64,000 nt of DNA from the NCBI RefSeq assembly GCF_009914755.1, contig NC_060935.1; one strand, written 5' to 3'. Within the stretch, counting starts at the first letter, position 1. Every line of letters starts with the position of its first letter. The translations under genes were made by a program, and so were the position numbers. The notes under the pieces were generated by a model. It was not told where the DNA came from. It did no database searches and saw nothing but the letters and a program-made list of their open reading frames with translations. This DNA comes from the human T2T-CHM13v2.0 reference genome, Homo sapiens. Below, piece by piece: positions 49,895 to 62,494 of this stretch.

Positions 49895-50369
49895 ATGTAG
49901 AACATAAGGCTAGACGTGCCCCTGGAGGTGGTCTGAGTGGCGTGCCCAAGGCCACAGGGAGAGTCCATGGAGAGCCAGTGTCAGTGTCTCCCGTCTGACT
50001 CCCAATCTGTGCCATCTGTGCTGCCACAGCCAAGTTGGGGCTGTGACTTTCCTCATCATCACAGAACCCGTCTGACGATAGGTGGCAGCCACTGTCTTAC
50101 TCCCCAAAGATCTTCCCACAGCTGACTCCTCTATAGAGCCTCCTTCAAAAGGAAGCCAGCCTTGACTTCCACACCAACCTTTATTTAGAGAGGGGTAGGA
50201 CAGCAATAGTTTTTGCCACCTCACTCACTAACCTCAATTCCCGTTCTCAAGGGGCTTTTTCTGTCCTGTTTCTCCAACCAAGATGTTGTGGCAGAGCTCA
50301 GTTCCTGGATGCTCGACCACTTTCCCTTTCCCCACTAGGAAGCTGCTTCAGGAGCAAAACAAGTCCTGG

Positions 50370-50545
50370 TGGAGACTTTGAAGTCAGAAAGAACAGGGTG
50401 CAAAAATCAGTTTCATTACCCTACCTGTGTGATCGTGGGCAGGTTGCTTAACCTCTCTGAGCTGCATTTTCTTCATCAGTAAAGTGGAGATGAGATGATC
50501 TATTTCATAACTTGATGAGATAACATGCATCTAACGCCTAATGCA
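50370..50545 (+). mobile_element. MIR
   Basis: CTGTGTGATCGTGGGCAGGTTGCTTAACCTCTCTGAGC. Confidence 0.8.
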
Positions 50546-51484
50546 TTGTTTTCTTCCCTGACCAGTTCCCACCACTGACTACCAGGCCTGAGACGCAGTG
50601 CATAGAGTCAGGTCTTAGGAGCCTCTAGGCCAGGAGTGATAGTCTTCTCTTTACACTCATCCCCACCCCCATCACATTCCTGTCACTCCATTGGATGAAA
50701 CCACAGCCCAGTCACCCTTCTGGGCTCACACACATGTTAAAGGGTGCAGGTAAAGCCCAGGAGCACAGCTCCGGTGGAGTCCCTACGGCACTGGCAGAGC
50801 CACCTGCATCAGGCTGGTGGTCCAGAGGAAAGCAAAGGAGACACAGGGGAGGCTGAGCCCCAGAGCCCTGTAATTCTGGGGCTGGAGCTGGTAACCCCCC
50901 GGTGATCTTCTGGATTGAAAACCATCCACATCACCCCCAAACACCCTCTGAGCCACCACTTCTGGCATCCTGGCTCAACACAGTGAAAAGATCCTGGGAA
51001 AGCTGTCAGGGACCACATCTAAGAACAGCCCATACCTTTCCACCCACAGGCCAAACATTACACATAGACATCACATGCAAGCGTCCCTCTGGCCAGAGTC
51101 AGAAGGACAAACAGAGGAAACAGCACAGCTCGAGAAAGCTGTTGCCAACACGCCCTGGGGTCCAGCCTCCCTGCCATTACCTTGCAACATTGCCTGAAAC
51201 TCCATCACTCCTGCCTTCATCTCTCAAAATGCGCGTGTTCTAAGAGTATGAAGTTCCTCATCGTTCTTTAGGGCTAAGGTTATGAGACAATTTTTCATTA
51301 GGCATGATGAGACAGCACTGGGACCTGGTGCTGGAAGGCGTTAAAGAGACATTTAGAAACCCAGCAGATTAGAGATCCATGGCCAGCCAGCCTACTGCCT
51401 TCCCAAGCAGGAATCCCTTCTGGAATCTCACTCCTTAAACACTTCGCAGGATGCTTCTCTCTCAAAGTAAGCACAATCATATTT

Positions 51485-51725
51485 AGAATCGCTGCTATTT
51501 GTTAAGCACATACTATGTGCTAAGTATTTTATGTAATAGATTACCCAATTAACCCTCGCAAAACCATATGAAATAGAAAACATTATTTTCTCCTTTTGCA
51601 GATGAGGAAGCTGAGACTCAAAGGGAAGGAGGAAAGTATTTGCTCCAGACCAAATAGCTAGCAGTATGGAGTCAGAATTCCTGCTCAGATTCCCCTAACT
51701 CCAGGGTCGTGTTCATAGCCACTTG
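51485..51725 (-). mobile_element. MIR
   Basis: TACTATGTGCTAAG..TTTTGCAGATGAGGAAGCTGAGACTCA. Confidence 0.8.
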
Positions 51726-53039
51726 GCTAATGGCTGTCATCAGAAAGATTTTTTCCCTTTTCTTAGTTCTGCTCTTTAACTGTTAATTAATTAGTTGTTT
51801 AAAACATAATCTTACTTCCCTCCTACCTCCTCCCCAGAGCAACCACTTTGTCTATAGTGCTCCTCAACTGTGGAGACCCATCCCACAAGGAATCAGCTCC
51901 TGATTTCATTGGAACTGACCAATAGGGACGTTGGCAGGACTATCACCTTCCTCATTCAGCATGCTCTATCTATTATTAATATGACCCAAGACATCAGCAC
52001 TCCATGCAATCTCCCTTCCCTACTGATACACACAGAGTTAATACCAGTATAAGAGTCTAAACGTTCTTTTCTCCTTCACAGGTTTCCAGAGGGGTTGTGA
52101 GTGGGTTGCCGCCTTCTCAATGGGGTCTCAGAATCAGGGTACAGCAGAGCAGTCTCTGGAATGTTCTCTGCCAGTTCATCCTGTCCCTGCTGCTCTTCCT
52201 TTGCCCTGAGCCTGTAAACTCCACATCCCTCATTAACAGCAGAGTCAATAATTGCACTTCTTCAGCAAGCAGGAGTCAGACCCATCCCCAGGCACCCTAG
52301 ATACCCTAGTCCTGTGTACTTTTCTGGAATTTATATTAAAAAAAAAATAATGATTGCCTACTCCAAATAGCAGATTCATTCTCCTAACCTGTGGCTTTAG
52401 ATTTTGCTCCTGAGCTCAATTCAGAGGCCTGGAGCCAAAGGGCCTTCATGTAGATTCAGAAGGTTCTCTGCAGCCCATAAGGCAGCCCCTCCTCATTCTT
52501 TCCCTGGTAAATGATACGAAAGTTCTTCCTAATTAGAGTCTCTCCTTTAAGTTCTGTAGACTGCTAATGAGTAAGAAAGAGGAGGCACTTGGGAGCCCTG
52601 AAGAAATTATTTGAAAGCAAAACCAAGTGGCCTCAGTAAAATTCACCATTTCAGTCAAAGGGATTTTTTTTTCTTACATACGACCACCTGACACAGCCCA
52701 GCTGGTGCATATTGAGAAATTAGAGACACTAGCTTTCTTCAGAGAAAACAGGCCTCTACTTTATATTCCTGGGGCTTCTTTTGCTTGGCAAACTGTCTAC
52801 TTATCAATTTGACCCTTCCCTGACCCTGATCTCTCCCAGCAAAGGCAGGAACTGATATCTCCTTTTGCTCAGTGCTCTCCCAGAGGTCCAGAGAGGTTAA
52901 GGGAATTGTTTAAGATGCACAGTAAGTTGACAGCAGGGCAGTAACTGGATCCTAGGGCTACAGGTTCTAGGACATTTCATTCCATCACTAATAAGTGTGA
53001 GCACGCATGTGTGGCAAGAATGATGCTTTACAGGCACTA

Positions 53040-53660
53040 ACTCATTCATGTATTCCTTTGCCAAATAGTTATTTGATTTCTGGACCTAATGAGCCAAACA
53101 AAACCCAAACAAAGTTCCCAGTCTCCTGAAGCTCATGTTCTAGCCAGAAAACCAACAGAAGATAAATACACAAGACAATGTCAGCCACTGCTTAGTGGTA
53201 TGAAGAAAAATGCATCAGAGCAAGAGAATAGAGAGGGGCTGAGAATGCTGTTTAAAGAGGGAAATTGAGGTGGCCTCTAGGAGGAGGTGGCATTTGAGCC
53301 AAGATTCATTAAGTGCTGAGGGAATCTATGTAGTTATCTCGGGGAAAAAGCATTCCAGGTAGGGAATCAGCAGGTGCAAAGGCCCTGAGACAGGAGCTTC
53401 TTTAGGAATGGCAAAGAAGCTGGCTGCCAGCAAAACACATGCAGGAAATCTAACTGGAGATGAGAGGGAAGATGCAGCCAGGGCAGATCACTTAGGGTGT
53501 GGCAGCCCATGGCAACGGCTTCAGCTTTTATTCTAAGCATCCCAAGTTGTGTACAGAGAGATAACAAGTTCAGACTTCAGTTTAAAGTCCTTGTGTGGCT
53601 GCTCTTTGGGGAACAGATTGGCAGGGTCAAGCAGAAGCTGGGAGTTCAGTAAGGAGCAAA
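53040..53660 (-). mobile_element. L2 (L2a/b-like)
   Basis: GAGGAGGTGGCATTTGAGC..CATTCCAGGTAGGG..CAGCAGGTGCAAAGGCCCTGAG. Confidence 0.85.
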
Positions 53661-53664
53661 TGAG

Positions 53665-54070
53665 CTCAGCAAATCCTGCAGCACCCCTATAAGATAGGTC
53701 CTATGATTATAAGGCAATGGAGGCTCAGAGAGATTAAAGAACTTGATCTAAGTCTCCTGCTGGTATGTGGACAGGCTGAGAGTGAACCCACATTTGACCA
53801 AAGCCTGAGCTGCCCTAGGGCTGAAAGCTCAAAGATCCAAAGACACCATGTAAAAGGGCCCTGGTTGCTGTCTTTAAGGCACAAAGCTCTCTTATTTCAG
53901 GCTTGCTCCTAACCAGATACCCTGAGCCTTGGTTTACTTTAGAGCCACCATTTACATGGGCCTTACTGTGTCCCAGGCACAGGCTGGGACTTTGACATAC
54001 AGGATCTCATTTAATCCTCACTGCAGCCCAGGGAGCGGGGTATTATTATCCCTGTGTTACCAGATGAAAA
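53665..54070 (-). mobile_element. Two MIR fragments
   Basis: GGAGGCTCAGAGAGATTAA; TCTCATTTAATCCTCAC..GGTATTATTATCCC. Confidence 0.7.
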
Positions 54071-54854
54071 AGATCTCATTTTCTCAGTGGAGATAGTGAA
54101 AACATTCCAAAGCTGCTTTGGGGTTTAATTCACAGAAACCTCCGCATTTAATCTACTAAACCAGAAAGTAATCCTCTCTTTGGCCGGCCCTGGCAGCCTG
54201 GGTCTGCCCACAGTCGTCAGAGGGAATTGGTAGCTCACACTTGCACACGTGTGCACCCACACACACATTCCAGGATCCAAACCCCAGCCCATCCTGAACC
54301 ATCCAAAAGGTGCCAGCCACCCTCACTGTGAATGTGTCTTTAATGCTCCCCTCCCCTTCCGCTCCAAAGCCCTTCTCCCTCCTCTGTGCACACTCAGCCA
54401 ATGTCCTTCCTCAGGCCACCTGGCAGCCCCCAAAGCCCACTCTCTATGCTAACTCTGGCAGCAGTAATGAGGTCATACCCATTCCACCCCTCACAGAACA
54501 CTGCACCCTCTGGCCCAGTCCTCTCTCCTCCCTTCTCTCAGCCTCATCCAGACCTACCCGACCTATGTCTGTGTTTTCCAGAACCCTGCATAACTAACGT
54601 GACAAGCTGTGCTGGACTCGGTTGCAAATGGCTGCCAGGAAGTTATTGATACTAAAATCTCAGGTAATCCTTTTGGCTTTCAAAGGCACGTTCTCTGACA
54701 ATCATTTGTTCCTAGGCAGTGAAGATAATGGAGAATGATGCTGCTTGTGGCAGGCAAAGAGAGAGAAAGGGTTACAATAGGAGGTTAGGGGCACTTCCTA
54801 CAACTCCATTATTCCAAGACTCTTGATGTTGGAGAGAACCTCAGCCTGACAATG

Positions 54855-55200
54855 ATTTATTTTTTTTAAGCACTCACTATGTGCTAAGCACTCTGCCTAA
54901 GTGTCTCACCATCTAGCAGCGAATCAAGTGCATGGACAGTTACCATGACAGGGTGATCTGTGCAGCTCTAAAATTATGTACATGATCCAGGAGGGTTGAG
55001 GAGGAAGGGATTAAATCTCTCCTGGGAGGGTCTGTAACAACTTTTGGAGTAGGTTTAATGAAGTATAAATATAAATGTGTTCACGTGGCTGATAAAGAGG
55101 GAAGGGCTCCAGCCAGAAGAAACTGAGAACAAAAGCAAAGAGGTGTGAAGCTGCACAGTGCATGGGTATTGGGAGAACTTGTCACTGCTAGTATGGATGG
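54855..55200 (-). mobile_element. L2 fragment
   Basis: AAGCACTCACTATGTGCTAAGCACT..CAAAAGCAAAGAGGTGTGAA. Confidence 0.6.
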
Positions 55201-55789
55201 GGGTGGGGAGAAAGAAGAGGATTTTTTTCTGGTGTAGTGTTTACACCTTGATTTTCTTCTATGGATTTATCAGCAAACTCCATTTTCCAGAATCCCAGCG
55301 TTGCCCCCTCAGGTAAGAACGTATAAAAGAAATTTTGTTGGCTTCAGCAAGGTGATGGTTTTCTGAGGGAATCACTATCATGCTTATATACCCTCTATGG
55401 CTCCCTAGTACCTAGGGAATTGAGTTCATATGAATGAACAAAGACTAGGAGAGCATGCTAAGTTCCAGCAGCCTTTCCAAGCTCTGACCCTTCCCCAAAC
55501 TCTCCTGCCTTCTCCGGGAAGCTATCTTGATTCTTCCCTGATTGGAGGGCTCCCTCCCTCCTCCATGATCTCATCCTAGTTCCTCTCTTATGACACTGCC
55601 CTGGTCGTCCCCGTGTCAGAGACCTCTGTAGGAGCCCCAAGCTGGCCTGGTAGGGAAAAGCAAAGGTTGAGGCCACCCACGACCTGGAGACTTTGGGGAA
55701 AATGAGCAAGGCTGAGTCCATGCAGTGCAGCAGTTAAACCCACAGGCTCCAGAGACAAGGCTGTCAATTCTGGCTGAACACACACATGG

Positions 55790-56150
55790 CTCAGTCTTTT
55801 GGTATAATTTTCAAATATTGATGCCCAGTCTCATGCCCCAGAGATTCTTATTTAATTGATGTAGAGTGATATCTCAGCACGGGTATTTTTTAAAAGCTCT
55901 GTAGATGATGTCTATGTGCAGCCAGAGTCAAACCGCTTGTCGAAGAGCCTGGATGTGGAGTTCAAGTCCTGGCTCCACCATCATTCGCTGAGTGACCTCA
56001 GGCAGGCAGAGTCCCCAACTCTCCATTTTTGAAACTGGCATAGGGGATAACACAGCACCTATCTCTGAGGAGTGCTGGAAGGCTTAGCTTGGATAACACA
56101 TGTCAAACTCTCAGCCCCAACTTGACACGTGGCAAACACTTCCTATTAGC
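55790..56150. mobile_element. MER5B-like MITE fragment followed by a MIR (+)
   Basis: CCCCAGAGATTCTTATTTAATTG..TTTTTAAAAGCTC..ATGTGCAGCCAG; GTTCAAGTCCTGGCTCCACCA..GTGACCTCAGGCA. Confidence 0.7.
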
Positions 56151-57157
56151 TCTCATTAACCATATTTTAGGCAGGGTGTGCTGGACCTAGTTCTGGGTCC
56201 CCCGCAGAGCCCGCCACAGGAGAGGAACCTGGGAAGAAAGTGTTCCTTTGGAATCAGTTTAATTGAGCTCCAAGGGCAGCCAAGCACCACCCAGGCAGAG
56301 CCCAGCTTCCAGCCAGCTCTGAGGCCTCCCTGAGAAGGTGCTTTTAGTCCTCCGTAGCAGGTTGGCAACCTGGGTCCTCTCCAGCACCCTTTCAAGACCA
56401 GCTCAGGTACACACAAGTGACAGCTCAAGGAAACCCCAGGACACCTCCATCTTCTCCTTCTTTACCTCCCCACAGATGACTGCCCTGTCATAGACCCTCC
56501 TGCCACCCCCAGCCTGTTCCTGGGGAGTTTTCAGGCTGCGAGCCCAAGCATCCCAACCCTCAAACGCAGAGTGCTGGGGGCACGCATCAAGGGTAGCTGA
56601 CCTCTCTCCTGCCTTTTGGGATCTCTGACCCCCGGTCTGACCAGCTGAAGAACTGGTTTAGCTGTGTTAACCCAGCCTTTCTCAGGATTCTGTCAATCCA
56701 AAAACCTGCAGGCCAGCACCCTGGAAACCAAACCTCACATTTTCCAGGAAGGCCGTGAAGATGCCTGTGGGCCTTCTGCTGTTACATTTATCAAAAACTG
56801 TAAAATTAAGAACATGTAAACATTACAGGACAATGGCCAGGAATTTATTTCGTTGTTGTTGCTAAGGCTTTACAGCACAATTCGAAGAAATTTCTGTAGG
56901 GGAAAAAGAAACCTTCCATCCCTCTCTTCTGACCAGCCTTTTTTCACTCCCTGTCGCCAAGAGCAGGACTCTTGATCTGCTGGATGAGGCCACGTTACTA
57001 GCCAGCAGGATCACTACCCGCAGTCCTGATACCTACAAAGCCCTCCTCTTCTGCTTCCTGTGGCTTCTCAGTGCAGTTGGTAAAGGACCAATGGTTCCCT
57101 CTCTTTAGGGCGGCACCTGCTGACTTTCTCACTTGGCATTTCTTACATGAGCTACAG

Positions 57158-57416
57158 CAGTGCTACTAAAAATGTGGTTTATGAACCACTGTCAGTCTGT
57201 GAGCTGGTTTTTACTGGGCTGCAATGAGATAAGGAGTTTGTGCCAGAATGTAAATCAACTGTGTCACTAAGCACATTGTTTGGTTCAGCTGACATATTTT
57301 TCATAGCAGGACTTTCTTGATGAAGGAAGTGGAGTGTTGATTTACATTCTCCATGTGATGCTTATCTCATTGCAGACGAGTAGCAATGTGTGGAAGGCCT
57401 GTGTTGTGTAGCACTG
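57158..57416. mobile_element. hAT-Charlie-type palindromic MITE (MER5C/Charlie10-like)
   Basis: TIRs CAGTGCTAC/GTAGCACTG plus internal inverted blocks of 14 and 15 bp. Confidence 0.8.
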
Positions 57417-58767
57417 TGCTCTAGGACAGCCCTCACTTCAGATATAGTGATTGGCTGGTGGTAAGGTTTGGATTTCTGCTTAGATGGGGAGAAAGAGTCC
57501 TGTGTTCCAGCCCTGCCTTGCCAGGCCTCTGCACTGGAGACACCCAGCCTGTCCCAGCTCATAATAAAATGGTGTTTGCTATTATTCCTTGTGTGTGCCC
57601 ACCCCTAACAGCATACTTAGAAGGAGAGGTGATTGGCCAGGCAGAATTCAGGCTCCAATACAATCCTATCTCTCCAATGTCCCTAAATGATTGCATTTGT
57701 ATTTTAAAAGGTACGATATATAGTGTGGCAAAGGTTACCATAAAAGAACCAACAGGTCTCAGATGAATTATCCACATCAGGCAGAATCCAGGCTTGCAGC
57801 CGGACCCGAGAGACCAAACAGTGAGAAATATTAAGAAAAAAAAAAAAACCCCAACCAAAACACACATATCCCACAGAGGTGTAGAGAGAAAGCCACCAGT
57901 TTAGGCAGCTTACCTGATGTTCCAGGGACCACAGCTAAGCACTTGGGTCAGTTATGACAGCGCTTGCTCTAACAATCAACAATAATGCTTCATAGCGTAG
58001 TGGTAGCAGCTGCAAACCCTCACTCGTGTGTTGTGTTTCATCTGTTCACTGCTGTGGCAGATAGTTTAGGTTCTGTAGTGTCTCAGAATGCTCATCCGAG
58101 CACTTACTCTATATGTGACCCTAGACTGTAGCCGAGACTCAGTTTCCACATCCGTGAAATGAGAGTAAAATAGACATCATGGAGAGGCATATGTGGGTTT
58201 TGTGTAGGGAAGAACTTTCAGCAGAGGATCCCAGGAAGGGCTTCCCAAAGCTGGGCTGACTCTCTGAGCATTGGAACAGCAGTTGAATATCTCCCTGAGG
58301 AGAAGGTGGACGAGCAGAGCTGGAGACTCCTAAAGTCCTTCCCAATAGAGTCAGCCATTCCTTGTCCATAGCTCCCTCTGGACACCAAGAGATCTCAACA
58401 GCCATAGTTGTAGGGAAATCCACCAGCCTTTAACCAGACACCCTGGCCCCTCTATCTGTGTGGCCTGGTATGATGTGAGGGGTCCTTGTATGTATGTGGC
58501 TACTCATTTTCACTTATTTTTGCTCAGCCATTAGCATGCTATATTTATTGATGTCCAAGTTGCCGAGGGGGCTTGCTGAGCAGATTTCTGCCTGCACACT
58601 TTAGATGGGGCAGTGAAACACCTCCAGAGGAAAGAGGCTCAGACCCAGGTCCCGATGAGATGACCAGTGCCTCCAGCCACCTCCCCTGCCCCTTCACTAT
58701 CATGTCCCCCATGCAAGTCCAGAGTGAATAAGATGGGGCCAAAGCCCTCTTCCCATCCTCCAGTGCC

Positions 58768-59212
58768 AGCTCTAGTCATTTCCTAGGGATGCCATAACTG
58801 AGTGCCACCAACTTGGAGCTTAAGACAAGAGAAATTTATTCTCTTATAGTTCTGGAGGCCAGAAGTCCAAAATCAAGGTGTCAGCAGGGCCATGCTCCCT
58901 CCAAAGGCTCTAAGGGAAAATTCTTCCTTGTTCTTTCCAGCTTCTGGTGGATTTGGACGTTCCTTGGCTTGTGGCTGCATCACTGTAAGCTCCGCCTCTG
59001 TCTTCCCATGGCCTTTCTCCTCTTCAGTCTCACAGAGACAGTTATCGCATTTGGGTCCACCCACATAAACCAGAATGATCTCATGTCAAGATCCTTAACT
59101 TAATGACATCTGCAAAGACCTTTTTTTGAAATAAGGTCTCATTCACAGGTTCCAGGGATTAAGATGTGGACATCTTTTTTGTTGGATGAGGGGTACCATT
59201 CACTACACCAAC
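58768..59212 (-). mobile_element. MLT1C-type MaLR LTR
   Basis: GAAATTTATTCTCTTATAGTTCTGGAGGCCAGAAGTCCAAAATCAAGGTGTCAGCAGGGCCATGCTCCCTC. Confidence 0.9.
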
Positions 59213-59228
59213 AAAATGCCATCAACAC

Positions 59229-59598
59229 TACCATGGTCCTAATGTTTGTGACCCCAAAAACATATATACTAAAAACCTAACCCCCAGCAGATGGTATTAG
59301 GAGATAGGGCCTTTTGGGAGGTGACTAGATCATGAGCTCTGCCCCTGTGAATGCGCTCAGTGTTCTTATTCTTATTAGAGCCCTTATTCAATGACCTCAG
59401 GAGCTCATCTGTCCCTTCCACCACGTGAGGACACAGAAGGAAGGTGCCGTGAGAACTGGAAAGTGGGTCCGCACAAGACACTGAATCTGTCAGCACCTTG
59501 ACTTCCCAGCCTCCAGAACTGACATAAATAAATATCTGTTGTTTATAAGCCACCCAGTCTATAATACTTTGTTATAGTAGCCCAGACTGACTCAGGCA
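59229..59598 (+). mobile_element. MLT1A0-type MaLR LTR
   Basis: GATGGTATTAGGAG..GGGCCTTTTGGGAGGTGA..ACTTCCCAGCCTCCAGAACTG..TTTATAAGCCACCCAGTCTAT. Confidence 0.9.
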
Positions 59599-60149
59599 AA
59601 CAATAAGAACAGCTCCTAACATACAGCGGAGACTCAATAAACATTGTTGAATGAAATCATGAATCTGCTTGGTTCAATTCAAGGACATTGCCTACTGCCT
59701 GTCCTGAGCTAGACCCTGTGTCAGCTGCTGAGGACACCGGCATGAGACACAGCCCTGAACTTGAAGATCTCAATCTAGAGGGGAAGATAGTGTCAGACAG
59801 AGCTGTGCGAATCTCAGCTTCACCTCCTGCTACTTGGGCAGCCGAGGAACTCAGCGTCTCTTCCTTACCTATAAAATAAAGAAAATAACACCTGTGTTCA
59901 GGGAGGGAGTGAGGAGTGGGGAGGTTTCCTTACTTATAGATGGGGTCACAGGCCCATAAGGACTGGGCTCTTTCTGCCTCAGAAAAGTGAGTACATACTA
60001 GGTGCCCACCCAAGTTCATATGTGCCATTCTGTTTCCCTTCTGTCCACAGCACTCCCTCCAAAACCCCCATACTGGGGAAGCACCAAGGCCGGCACGGAG
60101 GCTGCTGGCTTCTGCACCCCCTGAGCCTGCTCAGTCCCACAGCCAGGGC

Positions 60150-60520
60150 CTGAGCCTCAGATGCCGCCTGTTCCCGAGTGGGCAACAGCCTGGGTGGTAA
60201 TCAGAGATTCCAGCGGAGCCTTTGATGCCGCAGCCGGCGCGGCGAGCTGGGCACTGTTTGAAGTGCCTTCCTGTGTAATAAGGATTTCTAATTCGCTCGA
60301 ACCAAAGCAACATTTGCAGTAAAGATCATTTTTGGAATGAAAAATAAATTGTGACTGGAGGGTCTGGGTTTGTTTCAAAAAGGGAGATCACCCACAAGCA
60401 TCGTGCTCTCTGAGAAGCCACCCGCCCACGTGTTTTGAGATGGAGAGCACGCCACTCAGAATTTCAAAGTGCTGTTAATTAAGAGCAGTTTATTAAAATG
60501 TCAATCTTTTAAACCAAAAC
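60150..60520. promoter_or_regulatory. Candidate enhancer with CpG cluster and TCF/LEF motif
   Basis: CCTTTGATG 60219-60227 next to GCCGCAGCCGGCGCGGCG; TAAT motifs; CACGTG; TTAATTAA. Confidence 0.4.
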
Positions 60521-60724
60521 AACTCTCTTCCCCTTGCTTGCGAGTGGGCTTCCCAGCCACTCTTCCCAACCCAAATAACCCAGCTTCTCCAGAGCTCCTG
60601 AAAAAGTATCTGTCTACATATTCTACTAAAACCCCGGTGACAACTGCTTCCAGGAACAGCCCGGCACCTGTCATTCTGCTGAAAGCCACCCTCAAGGAGC
60701 CTGCCTTCCAAGAGACAGGATAGC

Positions 60725-61300
60725 CTAGGCACTGAGCCCATGGCCTCAGGAGCCAGACTGCCTAGGCTCCAATGCTAGCCCTGCCTCACTAGCATGTAAC
60801 TTTGAGCAAATAGTTGACCCTTTTGTGCCTCAGTTTCTTCTTCTTTAAAATGGAGTGAGGATAATAGTACAGTCAGTCCTCTGTATCCATGGGTTCCACA
60901 TCTGTGGATTCAACCCACCATGAATCTAAAATATTCAGAAAAAAACATTGCATCGGTACTAAATATGTAGACTGTTTTTTCTTTGTCATTATTCCCTAAA
61001 CAATACAGCATAACAACTTTTTCCATAGCATTTACATTGTATTAGATCTTATAAGTAATCCAGAGATGACTTAAGGTATATGGGAGGCTGTGCACAGGTT
61101 ATATGCAAACACTATGCCATTTTGTATCAGGGACTTGATCATCCATGGATTTTTGTATCTGAGGGAGGTCCTGGGACCAATCCCCCCGGATACTGAGGGA
61201 TGACTGTAGCTACCTTATAGGTTATACAAATGAGATAGTGTATGTAAAGCACTTTAGGCTGATACCTAGAACATAGTAAGTGCTAAAGGGGCATTAGTCC
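60725..61300 (+). mobile_element. MIR split by MER2
   Basis: GGAGCCAGACTGCCTAGG..TGTGCCTCAGTTTCTTC..ATAATAGTA before MER2 and AAATGAGATAGTGTATGTAAAGCAC..ACATAGTAAGTGCT after it. Confidence 0.85.
60870..61206 (-). mobile_element. MER2 (TcMar-Tigger MITE)
   Basis: CAGTCAGTCCTC...GAGGGATGACTG ends, TA duplication, reverse-complement homologue of 16462-16798. Confidence 0.92.
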
Positions 61301-61601
61301 AGTTATTTCCCAATGAGCATTAGCCCGCTTACTTCCCCATGAGCAGGTGCTAAATTTCACTTCTGTGTTTACAGATCTGTCTCCTCTGAGGCAGGAAATG
61401 TGCCCTCTTTTCCCTGTTTTGCAACTCCAGCAGTCAAGATCTAGCACACAGTAGTTGCACAGTAAATGCCTGTCAAATAAATAAACAAGTCAATAAATGA
61501 ATAAATGCATGCTAATTCCCATGCATGTTTGGCAAACAGGACAAGGTTAGCTGCCCTGCAGGAAGTCACGATCTAATAACTGCCAAAACAGTTCAGGGCT
61601 A

Positions 61602-62093
61602 TGTGGTGGCTCCCAGTGGTCCCACCTCCTGGGATACACTCCCTTGTGTAATCCTCTCGTCTTGTGTGTGGGCTGGACCTAGGAACATGATCCTGATGAA
61701 TGGAATGCAGTAAAAGTGATGGAATGTCACTTCCATGATTAAGTTATAAAAACTGTGACTTCTCTGCCTCTGACCCTCTTCCTTCTCGGCTTGCTGGCTT
61801 TGATGAAGCAAGCTGGTAAAGAACTGAGGGCAGCCTCTGGCCCACAGCCAGCAAGGAACTGAATCCCACCAGCAGCCATGGCAGTGAGCGTGGAGTGTTC
61901 CTTCCTCAGTTGAGCCTTGAGATGACCACAGCCCCAGCCAATACTTTGCAGCCTGTGAGGGACCCTGAAGCTCAGAACCCAGGTAAATTGCACCTGGATC
62001 CCTGACCTATAGAAACTGTGAAATCATACATGTATTGTTTCAAACCACTAAGTTTTGGGGTAATCTGTTTCACAGCAATAAATAACTAATGCA
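61602..62093 (+). mobile_element. MLT1F-type MaLR LTR
   Basis: CCCTTGTGTAATCC..GTGGGCTGGACCTAG..GAACTGAGGGCAGCCTCTGGC..AAACCACTAAGTTTTGGGGTAAT..AACTAATGCA. Confidence 0.85.
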
Positions 62094-62494
62094 GGTTCTA
62101 AGGGAACAGAAGAATCTTGGGGAGGGAAAGGAGAGGCTGCCTCCTGCCTTGTCTGAAATCATCTACCCTATAGTTTGCTTTCTCCATCAGTCACACCAGA
62201 GCCATAGGGGACCCCCAGAAAGAAAAGCATTCAACTCAAATGGGCCTGGCTTTGAGACCCGGCTCTGCTGCTCTCTAATGTGTGACTTTGGGAAAGTTCC
62301 CCAATCTTTCCAAGGCTCTGCCTCCTCCTATAAAGGGGGATCACCATACCTGCTTCATGGGTGTGTTGAACAGATTGAGATCATGTATGTGAAAATGCCT
62401 GGCAGAGCTTTCCAGACCTTTTGGAGTAGAAGCAGCTGGAGAGACCTGCGTCCTCACTCTGATGGTCACCTGAAGCCCTCAGTTGTCCCTCCAA

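Noticed and set aside
54242-54255. 14-bp palindrome TGCACACGTGTGCA
   Set aside because: Arises within low-complexity CA/TG alternation and is expected by chance
55291-55312. 22-nt microexon-like unit (TTTTCCAG|...CAG|GTAAGA)
   Set aside because: Isolated, short pyrimidine tract and no supporting context; such pseudo-exons are common
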